Below are positions 40,244 through 49,632 of a stretch of 57,443 nt of DNA, in pieces. The stretch lies in sequence record NZ_CP149754.1. One strand, 5' to 3'. This DNA comes from a plasmid. A program made the position numbers and the translations under genes. The notes beneath the pieces are model-generated. The model saw only the letters and a list, made by a program, of their open reading frames with translations, was not told the origin of the DNA and did not search any database. Each line of letters begins with the position of its first letter. Position 1 is the first letter of the stretch.

Positions 40244-40669
40244 GTGGCAAAATATGAATACTGGATAACAGAAGAAGGATTAATTAAGATTGAAGGATGG
40301 GCAAGAGATGGGCTTACAGATGAACAAATAGCATTTAATATTGGAATAAATGTCAAAACACTATATGACTGGAAAAAGAAGTATAGTAATATTTGTAATG
40401 CCTTAAAAAAGGGAAAAGAAGTAATTGACAGGCAGGTTGAAAATGCCCTATTAAAAAGAGCATTAGGTTATGAATATGATGAGATAACATATGAAGAAGG
40501 TCAAGAAACTAAAAGAGTAACTAAACAAGTAGTACCAGATACTACAGCACAGATATTCTGGTTGAAAAATAGAAAACCAGCGGAATGGAGGGATAAAAGA
40601 GATATTGAACATAGTGGTAATCTAGGAGATATTACAATAAAGGTAGGCGATGAGGAATATGGCAATTAA
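40244..40669 (+). CDS. terS: terminase small subunit
   Basis: GTG start with GAGGTGGTG RBS. HTH-containing N-terminus (GLTDEQIAFNIGINVKTLYDWKKKY) and ENALLKRALGY motif. Immediately upstream of the large subunit. Confidence 0.75.
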   Translation: MAKYEYWITEEGLIKIEGWARDGLTDEQIAFNIGINVKTLYDWKKKYSNICNALKKGKEVIDRQVENALLKRALGYEYDEITYEEGQETKRVTKQVVPDTTAQIFWLKNRKPAEWRDKRDIEHSGNLGDITIKVGDEEYGN

Positions 40670-41900
40670 TTTAGAAATTAATCCAGATGTATTTAATCCA
40701 ATATATTTGAAGCATCAACTTAATAATAACAATAGGTATCAGATTTACTTTGGTGGTTCATCCTCGGGTAAATCTTTTTCTTTAGCTCAAAGAACAGTAT
40801 TAGATGTATTTAAGGGGAATAGGAATTATTTAATTGTTAGAAATGTTCAAAGCACTCTAAAGAGGTCCTGTTTAAATGAGATAACAAAGGCTATTAATAA
40901 TTTTAAGTTAAATGAGTATTTTCAAGTAAATAAAACCGATATGATAATAACTTGTAAGCTAAATAATAAACAGATATTATTTTGTGGCTTAGATGATGTT
41001 GAGAAAGTTAAATCAATAACTCCAATAGATGGTGTAATAACTGATATATGGGTAGAAGAAGCAACAGAGACAGATTATAAAGCCGTCAAACAACTTGATA
41101 AGAGACTTAGAGGAAAGTCTAAAGTAGTAAAAAGACTAACATTAAGCTTCAATCCAATACTTAAAGACCATTGGCTATATACAGAGTATTTTGATATATG
41201 GGAAGATGATAAACAGTATGTAGAAAAAGATAATGTAAGTATTCTAAAAACTACATATAAAGATAATAAATTCTTGGCAGAAGATGATATAAAAGCTTTA
41301 GAAAATGAAAGTGATAAATATTATTATGAAGTTTACACTCTTGGAAATTGGGGTGTACTTGGTGCTGTCATATTTAAGAATTGGAGAGTTGAGGATTTCT
41401 CAGATATTGAAAGTACATTTGATAACTTTAGGCATGGAATTGATTGGGGATTTGCTGATGACCCATTTGCATATGTAAAATCACACTATGATAGGATGAG
41501 AAGAAAATTATATATATGTGATGAAATAGAAGCAGTTGGATTATTAAATAGAGAAGCTGCACCTTTGGTTAGTAAAAAAGCGAATGGAGATTTAGTTATC
41601 TGTGATAATGCAAGTCCAAAAGATGTAGCTGAATTTAGTGACTTAAGAATCAATGCAGTTTCAGCAAGAAAAGGAGCTGGTTCTATTGAATATGGTATTA
41701 AATTTTTACAAGGGCTTGAAATTATAATACATCCAAGATGCCAAAACTTCAAAAATGAGATAAATAAATATAAATATAAAGAGGATAAGAATGGAAATAT
41801 CTTACCTATTGCAGTAGATAAAGATAACCATTTAATAGATGCACTGAGATATAGCTTAGAAAATGATATGGAGTATGGAGGAATAAGCTTCTTAAAGTAA
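40650..41900 (+). CDS. terL: terminase large subunit
   Basis: Walker A YFGGSSSGKSFSLAQ. C-terminal nuclease domain with Asp-rich motifs. Confidence 0.85.
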   Translation: MRNMAINLEINPDVFNPIYLKHQLNNNNRYQIYFGGSSSGKSFSLAQRTVLDVFKGNRNYLIVRNVQSTLKRSCLNEITKAINNFKLNEYFQVNKTDMIITCKLNNKQILFCGLDDVEKVKSITPIDGVITDIWVEEATETDYKAVKQLDKRLRGKSKVVKRLTLSFNPILKDHWLYTEYFDIWEDDKQYVEKDNVSILKTTYKDNKFLAEDDIKALENESDKYYYEVYTLGNWGVLGAVIFKNWRVEDFSDIESTFDNFRHGIDWGFADDPFAYVKSHYDRMRRKLYICDEIEAVGLLNREAAPLVSKKANGDLVICDNASPKDVAEFSDLRINAVSARKGAGSIEYGIKFLQGLEIIIHPRCQNFKNEINKYKYKEDKNGNILPIAVDKDNHLIDALRYSLENDMEYGGISFLK

Positions 41901-41904
41901 GGAG

Positions 41905-43344
41905 GTGTTAAATATTTATATAAGTGAAACAGATTTAATAAAAGCTCAGCTAAAAAAAGAGAGTACTTTTAATCTGGCGAAAGTTATAGAGCATTATATT
42001 TTAAAGCATAGACCAGAAAAGTATCAAGAAGGAGAAGCATACTATTATGGTAATGCTAATATAAAAAATAAAAGAAGATATTATATTTTAGATGGTGCTA
42101 AGGTTGATGATTTTACTAAAGTTAATAATAAAGCAGTTAATAATTATCATAAGCTTTTAGTTGACCAAAAGGTAGGCTACAGTGTTGGAAAACCAATAGT
42201 ATTTAATGCAGATGATAATAATTTTACTAAGCTTTTAAATGAATTATTAGGAGAAGAATTTGATGATACAATAACAGAACTCTATCTCAATGCAAGCAAT
42301 AAGGGAATAGAATGGTTACATCCATATATTAATAGAAAAGGAGAGTTTAAATATGTAATAATACCAGCAGAAGAAGCTATTCCTATTTGGGATAACAAGA
42401 GGCAAAATGAATTAGTTGCCTTTATTAGATTTTACTTTATTGAGGATATAGATGGAAATAAGATAAAAAGAGTTGAATACTATACAGAAAATGAAGTAAT
42501 TTACTTTATTGAAAAAGGAAATAGTTTTGTTCAAGAACTTTTATATGATGAATATGGAAAATTAACAGAGATACAAGAGGGTCATTTTAGAGTAAATAAC
42601 AAAGAGCAAGGATGGGGTAAAGTTCCATTTATACCATTTAAAAACAATGAGAAAAGCGTATCTGATTTAACTTTTTACAAGTCTTTAATTGATATATATG
42701 ATAATAACATTTCTACTCTTGCAGATAACCTAGATGAAGTACAAGAAGCTATGTACATACTAAAAGAGTATGGAGGTACTGATTTAGTAGAATTTGCAAA
42801 TAACATAAGATATTATAAAGCCATTAAAGTAGGAGCTAATGGAGGGGTAGATAAGCTGGAGATAAATATACCAGTTGAAGCTAAAAAGGAGCTTCTTAAT
42901 AGATTGGAAAAGAATATAATTATCTTTGGTCAAGGAGTTAATCCAGAATCTCAAAACACAGGTGACAAATCGGGTGTAGCACTTAAATTTTTATATTCAC
43001 TACTTGACTTAAAATGTTCTAAGACTGAAAAGAAGTTTAAAAAAGCAATTAGAGAGCTTTTATGGTTTGTGTGTGAGTATTTAAAGATAAGTGGTAGTAA
43101 GAGCTATGATTATAAAACAGTTCAAATTACTTTTAATCACTCTATGATAATAAATGAAGCTGAAAAGATAGATATGGCAGTTAAATCAACTGGAATTGTA
43201 TCAGATGAAACTATTGTTTCCAATCATCCTTGGGTTGAGGATGTTAATGACGAACTTGAGAGACTTAAAAAACAGGAAGATACTCAAAAAGAGTATGATG
43301 ATTTAATTCCTAATAATCAAGATGGTGTTATAGATGAAATATAA
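41905..43344 (+). CDS. portal protein (SPP1 gp6-like)
   Basis: 479 aa, directly after terL. The start codon is uncertain. Confidence 0.75.
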   Translation: MLNIYISETDLIKAQLKKESTFNLAKVIEHYILKHRPEKYQEGEAYYYGNANIKNKRRYYILDGAKVDDFTKVNNKAVNNYHKLLVDQKVGYSVGKPIVFNADDNNFTKLLNELLGEEFDDTITELYLNASNKGIEWLHPYINRKGEFKYVIIPAEEAIPIWDNKRQNELVAFIRFYFIEDIDGNKIKRVEYYTENEVIYFIEKGNSFVQELLYDEYGKLTEIQEGHFRVNNKEQGWGKVPFIPFKNNEKSVSDLTFYKSLIDIYDNNISTLADNLDEVQEAMYILKEYGGTDLVEFANNIRYYKAIKVGANGGVDKLEINIPVEAKKELLNRLEKNIIIFGQGVNPESQNTGDKSGVALKFLYSLLDLKCSKTEKKFKKAIRELLWFVCEYLKISGSKSYDYKTVQITFNHSMIINEAEKIDMAVKSTGIVSDETIVSNHPWVEDVNDELERLKKQEDTQKEYDDLIPNNQDGVIDEI

Positions 43345-44731
43345 AGATTATTGGAGAAAGAGATTTGAACAATTAGAAGAAGTTCAAAATAACAAAAGTG
43401 TAAAATATTATCTTGAATTAGAAAAGCAATATAAACTAGCTATGAATAGTATAGAAAAAGATATATTATCATGGTACAACAGATTTACTGAAAGTGAAGG
43501 CATATCTTTATTGGAAGCTAAGAAACTACTAAATACAAGAGAACTAGAAGAGTTTAAATGGAGCGTTGAAGAATATATTAAATATGGTAAAGAAAATGCT
43601 ATAAATCAAAAGTGGATGAAAGAGTTAGAAAATGCTAGTGCAAGAGTTCATATAACAAGACTTGAAGCTTTAAAGTTACAAATACAGCAACAAGTAGAAG
43701 TTTTATATGGAAATGAACTTGATGGTATTGATAAACTAATGAGAGATATTTATACAAGTGGATATTATCATACAGCTTTTAATGTTCAACAAGGAGTAAA
43801 CGTTGGTTGGAGTTTAATGAGTCTTGATACTAATAGAATAAATAAAATTATCTCTAAACCATGGGCAACAGATGGATTAAACTTTAGTGAAAGAATTTGG
43901 GGTAAGCATAGACTTGCTTTAGTAAATGCATTACATACTAAGCTAACTCAATCAATTATTAGAGGTGAAAATCCAAAGAACCTAGTAAATGACTTTTCTA
44001 AGAGGTTTAATGTATCTAAATCACAAGCTAAGAATTTAATAATGACTGAATCAGCTTTCTTTGCATCAGCAAGTAGAAAAGATTGTTTTAGTGATTTAGA
44101 TGTAGAGAAATATGAGATTATTGCTACATTAGATTTAAGAACTTCAAATATATGCAGAGAGTTAGATGGAAAAGTATTTGATATGAAAGATTATCAAGTT
44201 GGAATAACAGCTCCACCATTTCATTGTCGTTGTAGGACAACAACAGCTCCTTTTTTTAGTGATGAAGAAGGCTATAGAGCAGCAAGAGGAGAAGATGGAA
44301 AAACATATTATGTACCATCTAGTATGAAGTATAATGAGTGGTATGAGAAGTATGTTAAACATAATAGTATCTTAGAAATAAAAAATAGTGCTATAATAGA
44401 TAGCATAAAAGAAGATATTAAAAATGGTAAATATAATTTAAATATTCATGATGGAAAACAAGGAAAACATTTAAAAGAGCATAATAATTATATAGAAGGA
44501 AGAAGCTATTTAACTATAACAAAAGAAGAAGCTCAAGAACTTGTGAATAAGCATGCTGGCAATGGAATCATAAAATTTAATCGAAGTGGAGAATGGGATA
44601 AAAAAGAACTTATAGAAGTTGATAAGAATATAGGGGTCAATGTTAATAATATTACGGGTGAAAAAACTCTTACAAATAAGTTTAAGATACATTATTCCAA
44701 AACTGGAACACATATAGTACCAGCTTTATAA
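43334..44731 (+). CDS. MuF-like head morphogenesis protein with ~120 aa C-terminal extension
   Basis: MuF/gp7 core GITAPPFHCRCRTTTAPFF. The extra C-terminal domain is ...NIHDGKQGKHLKEHNNY...KTGTHIVPAL. Confidence 0.65.
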   Translation: MKYKDYWRKRFEQLEEVQNNKSVKYYLELEKQYKLAMNSIEKDILSWYNRFTESEGISLLEAKKLLNTRELEEFKWSVEEYIKYGKENAINQKWMKELENASARVHITRLEALKLQIQQQVEVLYGNELDGIDKLMRDIYTSGYYHTAFNVQQGVNVGWSLMSLDTNRINKIISKPWATDGLNFSERIWGKHRLALVNALHTKLTQSIIRGENPKNLVNDFSKRFNVSKSQAKNLIMTESAFFASASRKDCFSDLDVEKYEIIATLDLRTSNICRELDGKVFDMKDYQVGITAPPFHCRCRTTTAPFFSDEEGYRAARGEDGKTYYVPSSMKYNEWYEKYVKHNSILEIKNSAIIDSIKEDIKNGKYNLNIHDGKQGKHLKEHNNYIEGRSYLTITKEEAQELVNKHAGNGIIKFNRSGEWDKKELIEVDKNIGVNVNNITGEKTLTNKFKIHYSKTGTHIVPAL

Positions 44732-44745
44732 GGAGGAAAAATAAA

Positions 44746-44946
44746 ATGAAATTATGGGAATATGTAGGGAAAAATGTTCAAATAACTTGTGTAGATAAGC
44801 AAATAATAAGAGGAAAGTGTGATGGATATACACAAGCTTTAGATAATGAACCAGAAATAGCAAGTATATCAATAGCTAGGGATGGTTATGGAATTGAAGT
44901 TTATGAAAATGAAATAGAATCTATCGAAAATATAAATAAGGAATGA
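44746..44946 (+). CDS. small acidic protein immediately downstream of MuF gene (immunity-like candidate)
   Basis: AAGGAGG RBS; 66 aa; followed by a hairpin terminator. Confidence 0.4.
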   Translation: MKLWEYVGKNVQITCVDKQIIRGKCDGYTQALDNEPEIASISIARDGYGIEVYENEIESIENINKE

Positions 44947-45011
44947 CTAAGCATGTACTTAAAAATAAGTAGATGCTTTTATTTTGTAAAAAATGAAAGG
45001 AGAAATTTAAA

Positions 45012-45575
45012 ATGGATTGGTTAAAAGAATTGCTAGAAGGAATAAAAGTAGAGGATAACAAAATTGATGTAGCTTCTCTTCAAAAATCTATAGAAAAGAA
45101 AATAAAGGAGACTACAGTTACTCAAGAAGATTATGCAAATATTGAAACACAACTTAATACAGCTAATGAAGCTATTAAAAAGTTTGAAGGAGGTATGACA
45201 AAAGAAGATGTAGAGAATCTAAAAACAACTTATGAAACTGATAAGAAAACTTTGGAAGAAACCTACAAAAAAGAAATTGAAGAAAAAGATTTTAATTACT
45301 GGTTAGGTGATGCTTTTAAATCTGTTAAATGTAGAGATGAAATAGCATTAAAAGCTCATTTAGATATAGAAGCACTAAGAAATAGTAAAGATAGACAAAA
45401 AGCTTTTGAAGAGCAAATAAACCCTTTGAAACAGGATAAAGATTATTTGTTTAATGCAACACTAGAAGGTGAAGAGCCTAAAATAGATACTATAACACCA
45501 GGGCAAGAGCCTAAGATAAATGATTTTGGTTTTAATTTTACTGGGGTAAGACCTCATGAAAATAATAATAAATAG
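45012..45575 (+). CDS. scaffolding protein
   Basis: E/K-rich coiled-coil protein located between the MuF-like and capsid genes. Confidence 0.6.
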   Translation: MDWLKELLEGIKVEDNKIDVASLQKSIEKKIKETTVTQEDYANIETQLNTANEAIKKFEGGMTKEDVENLKTTYETDKKTLEETYKKEIEEKDFNYWLGDAFKSVKCRDEIALKAHLDIEALRNSKDRQKAFEEQINPLKQDKDYLFNATLEGEEPKIDTITPGQEPKINDFGFNFTGVRPHENNNK

Positions 45576-45586
45576 GAGGAAATAAA

Positions 45587-46486
45587 ATGGCAGCACTAAA
45601 TTATGCAAAAGAATATTCAAATGTTTTAGCACAAGCATATCCTTATACTTTAAACTTCGGGGATTTGTATGCAACACCAAATAATGGAAGATATAGATGG
45701 ACTGGTTCTAAAACAATAGAAATACCAACTATATCTACAACTGGAAGAGTAGATTCAAACAGAGATACAATAGCAGTAGCTCAAAGAAACTATGATAATG
45801 CTTGGGAACCTAAGGTATTAACTAATCAAAGGAAATGGTCAACATTGGTTCATCCAGCAGATATAAACCAAACTAATTATGTGGCTTCAATAGGCAATAT
45901 AACAAAAGTATATAATGAGGAACAAAAGTTTCCAGAGATGGATGCTTACTGTATATCTAAAATATATGCTGATTGGACCGCATTAGGTAATACAGCAGAT
46001 ACAACTGTTCTTACAACAACAAACGTATTAGAAGTATTTGATAAGTTAATGGAAAAAATGACAGAAGCTAGAGTACCTGAAAATGGAAGAATATTGTATG
46101 TTACTCCAGTAGTAAATACACTTATCAAAAATGCAAAAGAGATACAAAGAACAGTAAATATAAAGGATGCAGGAACTTCTCTTAATCGTCAAACAACTGA
46201 TATTGACACAGTTAAAATAATTAAAGTACCATCTAATCTAATGAAAACTGCATATGATTTTACAACTGGATGGAAAGTAGGAGCAGGAGCTAAACAAATC
46301 TTTATGTCCTTAGTTCACCCAAGTGCAATAATTACACCTGTTTCTTATCAGTTCTCTAAGTTAGACGAACCAACAGCAGTTACAGAGGGAAAATACTTCT
46401 ACTTTGAAGAAAGTTTTGAGGATGTATTTATATTAAATAAAAAAGCTGATGCAATACAATTTGTTGTTGAAGGAGCTGGAGCATAA
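45587..46486 (+). CDS. major capsid protein
   Basis: 299 aa with a strong RBS, directly after the scaffold gene. Confidence 0.7.
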   Translation: MAALNYAKEYSNVLAQAYPYTLNFGDLYATPNNGRYRWTGSKTIEIPTISTTGRVDSNRDTIAVAQRNYDNAWEPKVLTNQRKWSTLVHPADINQTNYVASIGNITKVYNEEQKFPEMDAYCISKIYADWTALGNTADTTVLTTTNVLEVFDKLMEKMTEARVPENGRILYVTPVVNTLIKNAKEIQRTVNIKDAGTSLNRQTTDIDTVKIIKVPSNLMKTAYDFTTGWKVGAGAKQIFMSLVHPSAIITPVSYQFSKLDEPTAVTEGKYFYFEESFEDVFILNKKADAIQFVVEGAGA

Positions 46487-46719
46487 TGGCACAAGTAAGG
46501 AAATTAAATAGAATATTAACTATAGAAGAATGTAAAATAGATGATTTCTTAGAGATGGGATATGATTTGATAGATGAAACTGGTAAGGCAGTAAAGTATG
46601 GCAAGTCATTAAATGTAAAAGATTTAATAGCTGAAAATAATATTTTAAGGTCAAAAGTTGAGTCTTTAGAAGAAGAAAATAAGCAGCTTAAAGAGAAAAA
46701 TAAACTTACTAAAAAGTAG
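46486..46719 (+). CDS. small head-associated protein (coiled coil)
   Basis: ATG overlaps the capsid stop; 77 aa. Confidence 0.4.
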   Translation: MAQVRKLNRILTIEECKIDDFLEMGYDLIDETGKAVKYGKSLNVKDLIAENNILRSKVESLEEENKQLKEKNKLTKK

Positions 46720-46728
46720 GTGAAAATT

Positions 46729-47130
46729 ATGGAAAATAATATAATTGATGAAATAGAAAAAAGACTTGAAAGTTTTGGATATATATTAAAAGATGGAGAT
46801 AAGTGGTTAATAGGTTTTGTAAGAGAAAAAATAGAAAATATTATTAAACTAGATTGTAATATAAAAACTATGCCAATTGAATTGAAAGAAATTGAAGTTG
46901 ATATGATAGTTGGAGAGTTCTTATTTACCAAGAAAAATATGGGTCAATTAGATATAGAAAGCATTAACTTTGAAGCTGTAGAAAAGTCTATATCAGAAGG
47001 TGATACAAAGGTAGATTTTGCTATAGGAAGTGGTTCTCAAACACCAGAACAACGCTTTGATAGCTTAATAGCTTATCTTACTACTTATGGTAAGAATAAG
47101 ATATTAACCTTTAGGTGCTTAAGATGGTAA
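46729..47130 (+). CDS. head-tail connector/adaptor protein
   Basis: AGTAGGTG RBS; in synteny. Confidence 0.45.
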   Translation: MENNIIDEIEKRLESFGYILKDGDKWLIGFVREKIENIIKLDCNIKTMPIELKEIEVDMIVGEFLFTKKNMGQLDIESINFEAVEKSISEGDTKVDFAIGSGSQTPEQRFDSLIAYLTTYGKNKILTFRCLRW

Positions 47131-47471
47131 GTAAAACTAGAAAAGCAATAGAAATGTTATATAGAGATAAATGTACTATAGTTGAGTATCAGCCAATTAA
47201 AGACCCTGTAACAAAACGAACTAACAATAAAGAAGTGATTGTATTAGAAAATCAACCATGTAAACTTTCATATAAAAATATAGTTTCTGCTACAGAAGGG
47301 AAATTAGCTAAGCTAGAGCAAACTATTAAACTCTTTATATCTCCAGATATAGAAATTAAAGCAGGTTCAAAACTTATTATAAATGATAAAGAGTATGTAA
47401 GAAGTGGAGAATCAGCTATATATCCAAATCATCAAGAAATAATACTTGAGCTATTTAAGGATAAAGCATAA
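47124..47471 (+). CDS. head closure / head-tail joining protein
   Basis: In synteny; translationally coupled. Confidence 0.45.
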   Translation: MVSKTRKAIEMLYRDKCTIVEYQPIKDPVTKRTNNKEVIVLENQPCKLSYKNIVSATEGKLAKLEQTIKLFISPDIEIKAGSKLIINDKEYVRSGESAIYPNHQEIILELFKDKA

Positions 47472-47761
47472 TGGCTAGATGGGGCAGTGTTGATTTTAGA
47501 GAGTTTAAAAGAGTTTGTAAAAAGATGGAGAAGCTTACAAAGATTGATTTAGATAAGTTTTGCAAGGATGCAGCAAGAGAATTAGCAGCACGATTACTTG
47601 GGAAAGTAATTAGAAGAACACCAGTTGATACAGGATTCTTAAGACAAGGATGGAATGGAGTGGCTTACGCTAGGTCGCTTCCTGTGTATAAACAAGGAAA
47701 TAATTATATTATAGAGGTTGTTAATCCGACTGAATATGCCTTAACACAATGGGGCATATAA
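47471..47761 (+). CDS. HK97 gp10-like tail component, 5' exon (product truncated without splicing)
   Basis: ...PVDTGFLRQGW...NPTEYA matches the gp10-family core. The ORF terminates prematurely and the remaining C-terminal motif is encoded 1.1 kb downstream. Confidence 0.55.
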   Translation: MARWGSVDFREFKRVCKKMEKLTKIDLDKFCKDAARELAARLLGKVIRRTPVDTGFLRQGWNGVAYARSLPVYKQGNNYIIEVVNPTEYALTQWGI

Positions 47762-48880
47762 AACCCAGCAAAATCGGTAAACGCTAAGTGTAATAGTGTT
47801 ACATTATAAAGTAGGTAGAATATGGACATAGAATAACTCTTGATTTATAATGTATAAAAGAGGTGATTTTATGGCAAAATTTTTAGATATTACAGGAAAA
47901 AAATTTGGAAGGCTAAGAGTCATTAAATTTTCTAAAGAGATAAAAAGTGGTAAAAGAAATAGAAAATATTGGTTATGTAAGTGTGATTGTGGAAATTTCA
48001 AAGAAATAAGAACTGACTCTTTAACTAGTGGCTTAGTACAATCTTGTGGATGTTTAAAAAAAGAACAAGATAAATTAAATTTAACAGACAAATACCAATT
48101 TAAAAAGAAATATAAGGTTCAAAATAAAAGACTTTACAGTATATGGAAGGGTATAATATCTAGATGTACAGATAAAAATAATAAAAGATACAATAGATAT
48201 GGTGAAAGGAATATAATTGTGTGTGATGAATGGTTTTGCTATGATAATTTTGCAAATTGGGCATTGAGTAATGGATATTCAGAGAAACTTACAATTGATA
48301 GAATAAATAATGAAGGAAATTATGAATCAAGCAATTGTAGATGGGTGGATATAAAGACACAATGTAGAAATAGGTCAACAAATATATTAGTAAAGCATGA
48401 AGAAAAAGAAATTACATTGATAGAGCTTTCTGAAAAAACAGGTATTTCATATTCTTGCTTAAGAAGTAGATATTCTAAGGGATTAGTAGGAAATAAGCTT
48501 ATAGAAAAAGTTAAGATTATTGAAGAAAGCAGAGCTAAGTTATCTATTGAGGATGTAAAAGAAATTAGAAAAAAGTATTCTGATGGATATACAATAAAAC
48601 AACTAAGTGAAATATATCCTGTAACATATTCATCTATATCAAATATAGTCCATAGAAGAACATGGAAAAATATTTAATTAATTATATATGCCAATACCGA
48701 GGAAAACCTATAGATTGCGAATAGGCTATAGGTTTCCGTAGAGCGTAGAGAGTGAATAAATATAATCTCTCCAAGAGTGCTGGGCAACTAAATAAAGTTT
48801 ATTTTGTTGATGATGTACGCCGAACTTATAGGAAACTATAAGAGCTAGAGGATAAAAAGCCTTTAGGATAACAAAATGCA
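47736..48880 (+). mobile_element. putative group I intron (boundaries +/-5 nt) carrying a homing endonuclease ORF
   Basis: Splits the gp10-like gene. Contains a free-standing HEG with its own RBS. The 3' ~200 nt is non-coding and stem-rich (AACCTATAG...CTATAGGTT). A splice joining U47735 to the nucleotide after G48878 restores the frame. Confidence 0.5.
47850..48677 (+). CDS. AP2-domain HNH-type homing endonuclease with C-terminal HTH (NUMOD-like) modules
   Basis: GRLRVI...WLCKCDCGNFKEIRTDSLTSGLVQSCGC followed by YSIWKGIISRC...YNRYGERNIIVCDEW...LTIDRINNEGNYESSNCRW. Confidence 0.7.
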   Translation: MYKRGDFMAKFLDITGKKFGRLRVIKFSKEIKSGKRNRKYWLCKCDCGNFKEIRTDSLTSGLVQSCGCLKKEQDKLNLTDKYQFKKKYKVQNKRLYSIWKGIISRCTDKNNKRYNRYGERNIIVCDEWFCYDNFANWALSNGYSEKLTIDRINNEGNYESSNCRWVDIKTQCRNRSTNILVKHEEKEITLIELSEKTGISYSCLRSRYSKGLVGNKLIEKVKIIEESRAKLSIEDVKEIRKKYSDGYTIKQLSEIYPVTYSSISNIVHRRTWKNI

Positions 48881-49033
48881 TATGTTGAGTTTGGGCATAG
48901 AACTAAAAGTGGTAAGGGATGGGTTAAAGGACAACATTTCTTAACAATTTCAGAGATGGAACTACAAAGCCAAATTGATAAGATTATAGAGAAAAAGTTA
49001 TTAATATTACTTAAAGGAGTATTTGATGCTTAA
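48881..49033 (+). CDS. 3' exon of gp10-like gene (YVEFGHRTKSGKGWVKGQHF...)
   Basis: The frame is open only from 48872 and has no start codon or RBS. Encodes the C-terminal motif expected to follow NPTEYA. Its stop overlaps the ATG of the next gene. Confidence 0.5.
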   Translation, partial: YVEFGHRTKSGKGWVKGQHFLTISEMELQSQIDKIIEKKLLILLKGVFDA

Positions 49034-49463
49034 TAATATAATTGATGGAATATCTATTAAATTAGATAAAACATTTGGAGAGAGTTATACAATTTATAGT
49101 GAAGATGTGGAGCAAGGTATAAATGAACCTTGTTTTTTTATTTGCCCTCTAAATCCAAGTAAGACATCTTATCCAAATGGTAGAACACTAAAAAAGAACT
49201 CTTTTGATGTACATTATTTTCCTCGTTCAAAAGATAAGAGTTTTGAAATAAATGAGGTAGCTGAGATGCTACTTGAGGAATTAGAGTATATAGAAATTGA
49301 TGGAGATTTAGTTAGAGGCACAAATATGAATTTTGAAATTATAGATAATGTTCTTCATTTCTTCGTTGATTATAACTACTTCACTATAAAAAGTAATGAT
49401 ACAGAAAAAATGAATGATGTTGAATTATTTGGTGGTTTGAAGAGAGGTGATAATTTTGAATAA
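49026..49463 (+). CDS. tail completion / minor structural protein
   Basis: 146 aa, in synteny before the sheath gene. Confidence 0.45.
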   Translation: MLNNIIDGISIKLDKTFGESYTIYSEDVEQGINEPCFFICPLNPSKTSYPNGRTLKKNSFDVHYFPRSKDKSFEINEVAEMLLEELEYIEIDGDLVRGTNMNFEIIDNVLHFFVDYNYFTIKSNDTEKMNDVELFGGLKRGDNFE

Positions 49464-49632
49464 AACATTAAGCAAAGAAGATGACTACAAGTTTACTAAG
49501 GAGCAAATAGTTAATTCTAAGAAGTATGTAAATAGAAAAGACTTATTAAATGCAATTTTAAAAGAAAATGAGTTATATTCCTTCTCAGAAGTAGAGGAAA
49601 TAATAAATAATTTTATGAAAGGAGTGAGTTAG
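49456..49632 (+). CDS. small hypothetical protein
   Basis: TTG start with AGAGGTGA RBS; 58 aa. Confidence 0.3.
   Translation: MNKTLSKEDDYKFTKEQIVNSKKYVNRKDLLNAILKENELYSFSEVEEIINNFMKGVS

Noticed and set aside
46428-46931. 167-aa minus-strand ORF across the capsid/connector genes
   Set aside because: Antisense to several RBS-supported plus-strand structural genes; hydrophobic low-complexity translation.
47762-48886. IStron (group I intron fused to an IS605-type transposase) as known in C. difficile
   Set aside because: The embedded ORF is an AP2/HNH homing endonuclease, not a TnpB/IS200-605 transposase. No IS ends.
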